Source: Chiloscyllium plagiosum (taxonomy: Eukaryota). Taken from it: a stretch of DNA of 52,422 bases. A program made the translations under genes and the position numbers. Shown one piece after another: positions 48,816-52,422 of the stretch. How positions within the stretch are numbered: position 1 is the stretch's first letter; the number at the start of each line of letters is the position of its first letter. Location of the stretch: positions 60,770,795 to 60,823,216 of the forward strand of contig NC_057718.1 in NCBI RefSeq assembly GCF_004010195.1. Direction: 5' to 3'. Below the pieces are notes generated by a model that had not been told where the DNA came from, made no database searches, and saw only the letters and a list, made by a program, of their open reading frames with translations.

Positions 48816-49152
48816 GAGCGGCACAGTGGCAATGGGCGACATGGTGGCACAGTGGTTAGCACTGCTGCTTCACAGCACCAGGGTCCTGGGTTCAATTCCC
48901 ACCTCAGGTGACTGACTGTGTGGAGTTTGCACATTCTCACTGTGTCTGTGTGGGTTTCCTCCGGGTGCTCTGGTTTCCTCCCACAGTCCAAAAACGTGCA
49001 GGTTAGGTGAATTGGCCATGCTAAAATTGCCTGAAGTGTTAGGTGAAGGGGTAAATGTAGGGGAATGGGTCTGGGTGGGTTGCGCTCAGGTGGTTTGGTG
49101 TGGACTTGTTGGGCCGAAGGGCCTGTCTCTACACTGTAAGTAATCTAATCTG
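48816..49152 (+). mobile_element. Full-length HE1-type SINE with partially duplicated 5' head
   Basis: A box ggtggcacagtggttagc, B box ggttcaattccc, V-domain, tail gtaagtaatctaatct; flanking ggttca direct repeat. Confidence 0.95.
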
Positions 49153-50675
49153 TAAGGTTCATCAAGGCATTGATAGCTGAATAAATGACATATTCTTGAG
49201 CATCTGTGCTTTTTGTAGAATCACCTAAACTCAATTAGAATGCATCACCTTTTCTATGTTGCTCATTACTGATTTTTGGTGGACAACTTGTCTTTTCAGT
49301 AATGGGAAGACATTCATTGACATGGTCAAATAGAGGACTAGGCAGTGGATAGTTGCAGAACCTGTTTGCACTGAAGGGATTGGGTGGAGAGAGAGATGGT
49401 GAAAAATAGAGACCATGGATCCAATTGTTATACAGTGGTAACTAACTGAACATTACAGCTATAATGGAATCCCTGGCATCCTGGAAACAATGTCAGCAAT
49501 TTTTGTTGCATTAGGGTCTCCAATGTTCCTGCACTACTTGCTCCTTCTCTTCCTGTTCTTCCAAAGCGACTGATAATACATGGCTACATGTCAAGCAGAG
49601 AGAAAGTATTCTTCTAGGATGCCACATGTATCTATGACTATCTAACACAATGCATTAAGCCTGTGAAAGCTCTACTATTTTAACAGGTCAGGGAAGCTGA
49701 ACCTTGCCTATACCCGTTGTTCTGCAGGTAATACTGCACTACTCTGAAGTCTTTTGCTTCTCCTCTTGATCATCGAACTGCACATTTGCGAAAATCTCCA
49801 AAGTATAAAAACTAACCTGTCTCCACAAGTACCCTGAACTAAATGTTTCCTAGTGATGAGAAGAAAGCAGCTAAGGGAACTAAATGTTTATGGGAGTATT
49901 TGTCTGCCTGTTTTATGAGCCACATGAATTGCCTTTGTGTTCTCACCTTGTTTTCAGGTGGATATTGTTCAAAATGTCATTGCAAAGGAGTGATTTGCAC
50001 AAGGAGTTTGGTAACACAACTCTCAAGTAGGTTTTTAATGCAGACTGAGGCAAATGCACCCAGGTTAAAGCTAAAAGTCAGTACTATGGAGCAAGCTACT
50101 GGACATCAATGTGTTTTTTGGCAACTTAAACACTGTGCCTGCACTTAAACTAACACTCCATTTCAAGTTCAAATTCTCATCATAAATCCAGCACATTATC
50201 AAGATCAGAATCCAATGTGCCATTTGCCAACAGAGAAAGCTGGCTTATGGATGGGCAGGCTACTAGATAATTCAGCACCACAGAGGATTGTGGCCAAAGC
50301 TTTGTGAAAATCTGAACTGCCTGAGGACAAACATATGAGCACAATTTTTGAATTCATTCACAGGATTTAGGCTAGGCCAGCATTTATTACCCATCACTAA
50401 TTGTTCAGAGGGCAGTTAAGAATCAACTACGTTGCTATAAGTCTGGAGTCACATGTAGGCCTGACCACTTAAGGATTACCTTCTCTAAAGCACATTAATG
50501 AGCCAAAAGACTTTGTTTTTCCTGACAAGTGTCAATGACTTCATAGTCATCATTAGACTCTTAATGCCAATGTTTTATTCAATTCCAATGTTTTATTGAA
50601 TTCAAATTCCACCTTCTGCCATGGCAGGATTCAAACTGGGGCCCCTGAACATGACCTGGATTGTTGGATTAATAG

Positions 50676-50781
50676 GAAGAAGGGCTTATTCCTGAAGAAG
50701 GGCTTATGCCCGAAACGTCGATTCTCCTGTTCCCTAGATGCTGCCTGACCTGCTGCGCTGTTCCAGCAACACATTTTCAGC
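50676..50781 (+). mobile_element. 106-bp Penelope-derived mini-insertion carrying an HHR
   Basis: Perfect 15-bp TSD ttgttggattaatag (50661-50675, 50782-50796). The 3' part is nearly identical to 14892-14957. Confidence 0.93.
50688..50723 (+). ncRNA. Minimal type I hammerhead ribozyme motif
   Basis: AUUC-CUGAAGA-A-GGGC(uuau)GCCC-GAA-ACGU-C-GAUU: CUGANGA and GAAA boxes, 4-bp helix II, palindromic helix III ACGU, GUC triplet ending at 50719. Confidence 0.82.
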
Positions 50782-51689
50782 TTGTTGGATTAATAGCTTG
50801 GTGGCACCTGTAATATCATTGGGGCCATTGCCTTCCCTTGTTAAATTGTTAAGTAACAAATAGTTCCTTGAGCTGTAGCACTATGAGATATAACATAGAT
50901 ATAAAGGAATCATGCAGAAATTCTGCTCTCATAAAAGTTTCAAGATTGTTCAGGGATGTCTATAGGTTTACAAGCAGCACAATGTATAATGTAGTGGTAA
51001 CATGCCAAATCCAAATTTACATCTGTAAATGGGGAGGAGCTTGCATAGAAGGAGAGGATGAAATTTGAAACATAAAATTGGTGTCCACGGAGCTATTGTG
51101 CTTTTGAAAATGATGGCCAATCCAATTTTCCATGCTCATATGGATCATCCCACTTGGATAGGCAGGCATGTCTTATGGACAGCAGAATTTTGCAGAGTGG
51201 GAAGATTGTGACGTCAATCAGTATTAAATGCTGTTTTAGTGTCTCGTCTGCAATTTTGAACATATGTCCTGTTAACAACTTCTCCTGAACACTCACTGTG
51301 GAGCACATATGAGGAATATTTCACTAGTTTGCTATTTCAAGGCTTCAGCATGGAACCGTTCAGTGAGATGCTTTTAACCTTCTTTTGCTGTTGAAGACCA
51401 AGAGTAAATATTGTGTAAACAGTTGGCAGAGGTGTTCTTGAAAGATGTAGTGCTGGACTTTTTGAAATAGTCCAGAGCAAATCTATATAGTTCCCAATTT
51501 TTCCAAATAGCTCAGTGAACTGCCAATAGAAAACATGCTTTTGCTAATAGAGAGTCCCTTTAGTGGCAGTCCCTTTAGGCTGCAGCTTGAGAGGTATGCA
51601 TCATTAGGAACAGAGTGAGAAAGCTATCTACAGAAAGAGAAAGAGGCAGCTTCTCAGTAGAATCTATAAGCATCTCCTGTATTTGCAAA

Positions 51690-51910
51690 GCATTGCTCCT
51701 GCCTTCATCTTTACCAACAGAAGTGTCTGAGGAAGCTCCAATTCACCAATCTGGTGGCTCACCAAATTGTGCCACCTCCTCCAACCAGAGCTGGAGCCCC
51801 AGACCAGTGCTGCCAATGGCTGTGAACATTACCATGGAAATTTCAACTGGCAATATTGTCAACAACATGTAATTCTCCATGCATTGCTGTATCACTGAGT
51901 TCAAGGAAAA
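51690..51910 (+). pseudogene. Harbinger transposase N-terminal remnant
   Basis: HCSCLHLYQQKCLRKLQFT, LTKLCHLLQPELEPQT, LPMAVNITM and FSMHCCITEF in shifting frames. Confidence 0.8.
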
Positions 51911-51989
51911 GAAACTTACCATTATCCCCTTTGAGCAGAGAGAACCTATCAACAGCACGCACAAGGGTTTGGATACAAAGTTCTTTGAA

Positions 51990-52134
51990 AGCTGCATTAC
52001 AGATAGACAAGGTGATTAAGAAGGTGTCTAGCATGTTTACTTTCTTTGCTCAGACCATTGCGATGTCATGTTGAAACTTACAGGTCGTTGATGACACCAT
52101 TTTCGGAGTACTGTGTACAGTTCTGGTCACCCTA
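51990..52134 (+). mobile_element. CR1 fragment, cut by the downstream LTR-like insertion
   Basis: QIDKVIKKVSSMFTF and YRSLMTPFSEYCVQFWSP, with an abrupt end at 52134. Confidence 0.85.
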
Positions 52135-52183
52135 TGTGGTGAAAGGGTTAAAATTATGTCCCAATACATGTGTGAATCTTATT

Positions 52184-52348
52184 ATGAATATGTTACCGGA
52201 ATGGAAGGTGTTGCTTAGTCTTGCCCTGTTGTTCGCATGAATATGTTACCGGAATGGAAGGTGTTGCTTAGTCTTGCCCTGTTGTTCGCATGAATATGTT
52301 ACCGGAATGGAAGGTGTTGCTTAGTCTTGCCCTGTTGTTCGCATGAAT
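52184..52348 (+). repeat. Three identical 53-bp tandem repeats plus 6 bp
   Basis: atgaatatgttaccggaatggaaggtgttgcttagtcttgccctgttgttcgc starts at 52184, 52237 and 52290; partial copy at 52343. Confidence 0.98.
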
Positions 52349-52366
52349 GTTTAGATCTCGAAAGAG

Positions 52367-52388
52367 TATATAAGCTGGGAAAGTCCCC
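52367..52388 (+). promoter_or_regulatory. TATA box and adjacent NF-kappaB consensus site
   Basis: TATATAA at 52367-52373. GGAAAGTCCC at 52378-52387 is the reverse complement of GGGACTTTCC. Confidence 0.5.
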
Positions 52389-52422
52389 AGTTCGGTAGAG
52401 TCTGCTCCGGGTTACGTCTAAC

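Larger units (their letters stand above)
50352..50837 (-). mobile_element. SINE with tRNA-like head, sharing its 3' tail with the 21327/46205 LINE
   Basis: Tail ggccagcatttattacccatcactaattg mirrors the LINE 3' end. B-box-like gtttgaatcctgccatggcag on minus. Interrupted at 50676-50781. Confidence 0.85.
52135..52422 (+). mobile_element. Start of a young LTR-like element (U3 region), running off the window
   Basis: Begins TG at the CR1 breakpoint; tandem 53-bp repeats; TATATAA at 52367-52373; many intact CpGs. Confidence 0.65.

Noticed and set aside
49958..50148. Cys-rich exon after a strong acceptor
   Set aside because: The peptide GGYCSKCHCKGVIC matches no domain I recognise, and no convincing donor follows.
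52184..52348. CRISPR-like array
   Set aside because: Units are directly adjacent and identical with no spacers, there are no cas genes, and the context is vertebrate.

Overview
Eukaryotic (vertebrate) genomic DNA, not prokaryotic. The repeat content (HE1/V-SINE-type SINEs with CR1-derived tails, CR1 and L2 LINEs, Penelope-like elements, Harbinger fossils) points to a shark, probably a carpet/bamboo shark (inference from repeat families recognised by eye, no database search). No intact host protein-coding gene, rRNA, true tRNA or CRISPR array is recognisable. The window looks intronic or intergenic, and a large part of it is transposon-derived. Main items: (1) many short Penelope-like (PLE) insertions with 12-16 bp target-site duplications (TSDs), fold-back structure and minimal hammerhead ribozyme (HHR) motifs, two with complete cores (23332-23366, 50688-50723); (2) a young LTR-like element at the right edge with three perfect 53-bp repeats, a TATA box and a kappaB site; (3) at least seven decayed Harbinger transposase or Myb/SANT partner-gene fragments; (4) multi-level nested insertions (23720-28940, 46205-48430, 33061-33601); (5) two independent solo LTRs with 5-bp TSDs; (6) a few isolated exon-like segments of unknown status. 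Boundaries without a stated TSD are approximate.
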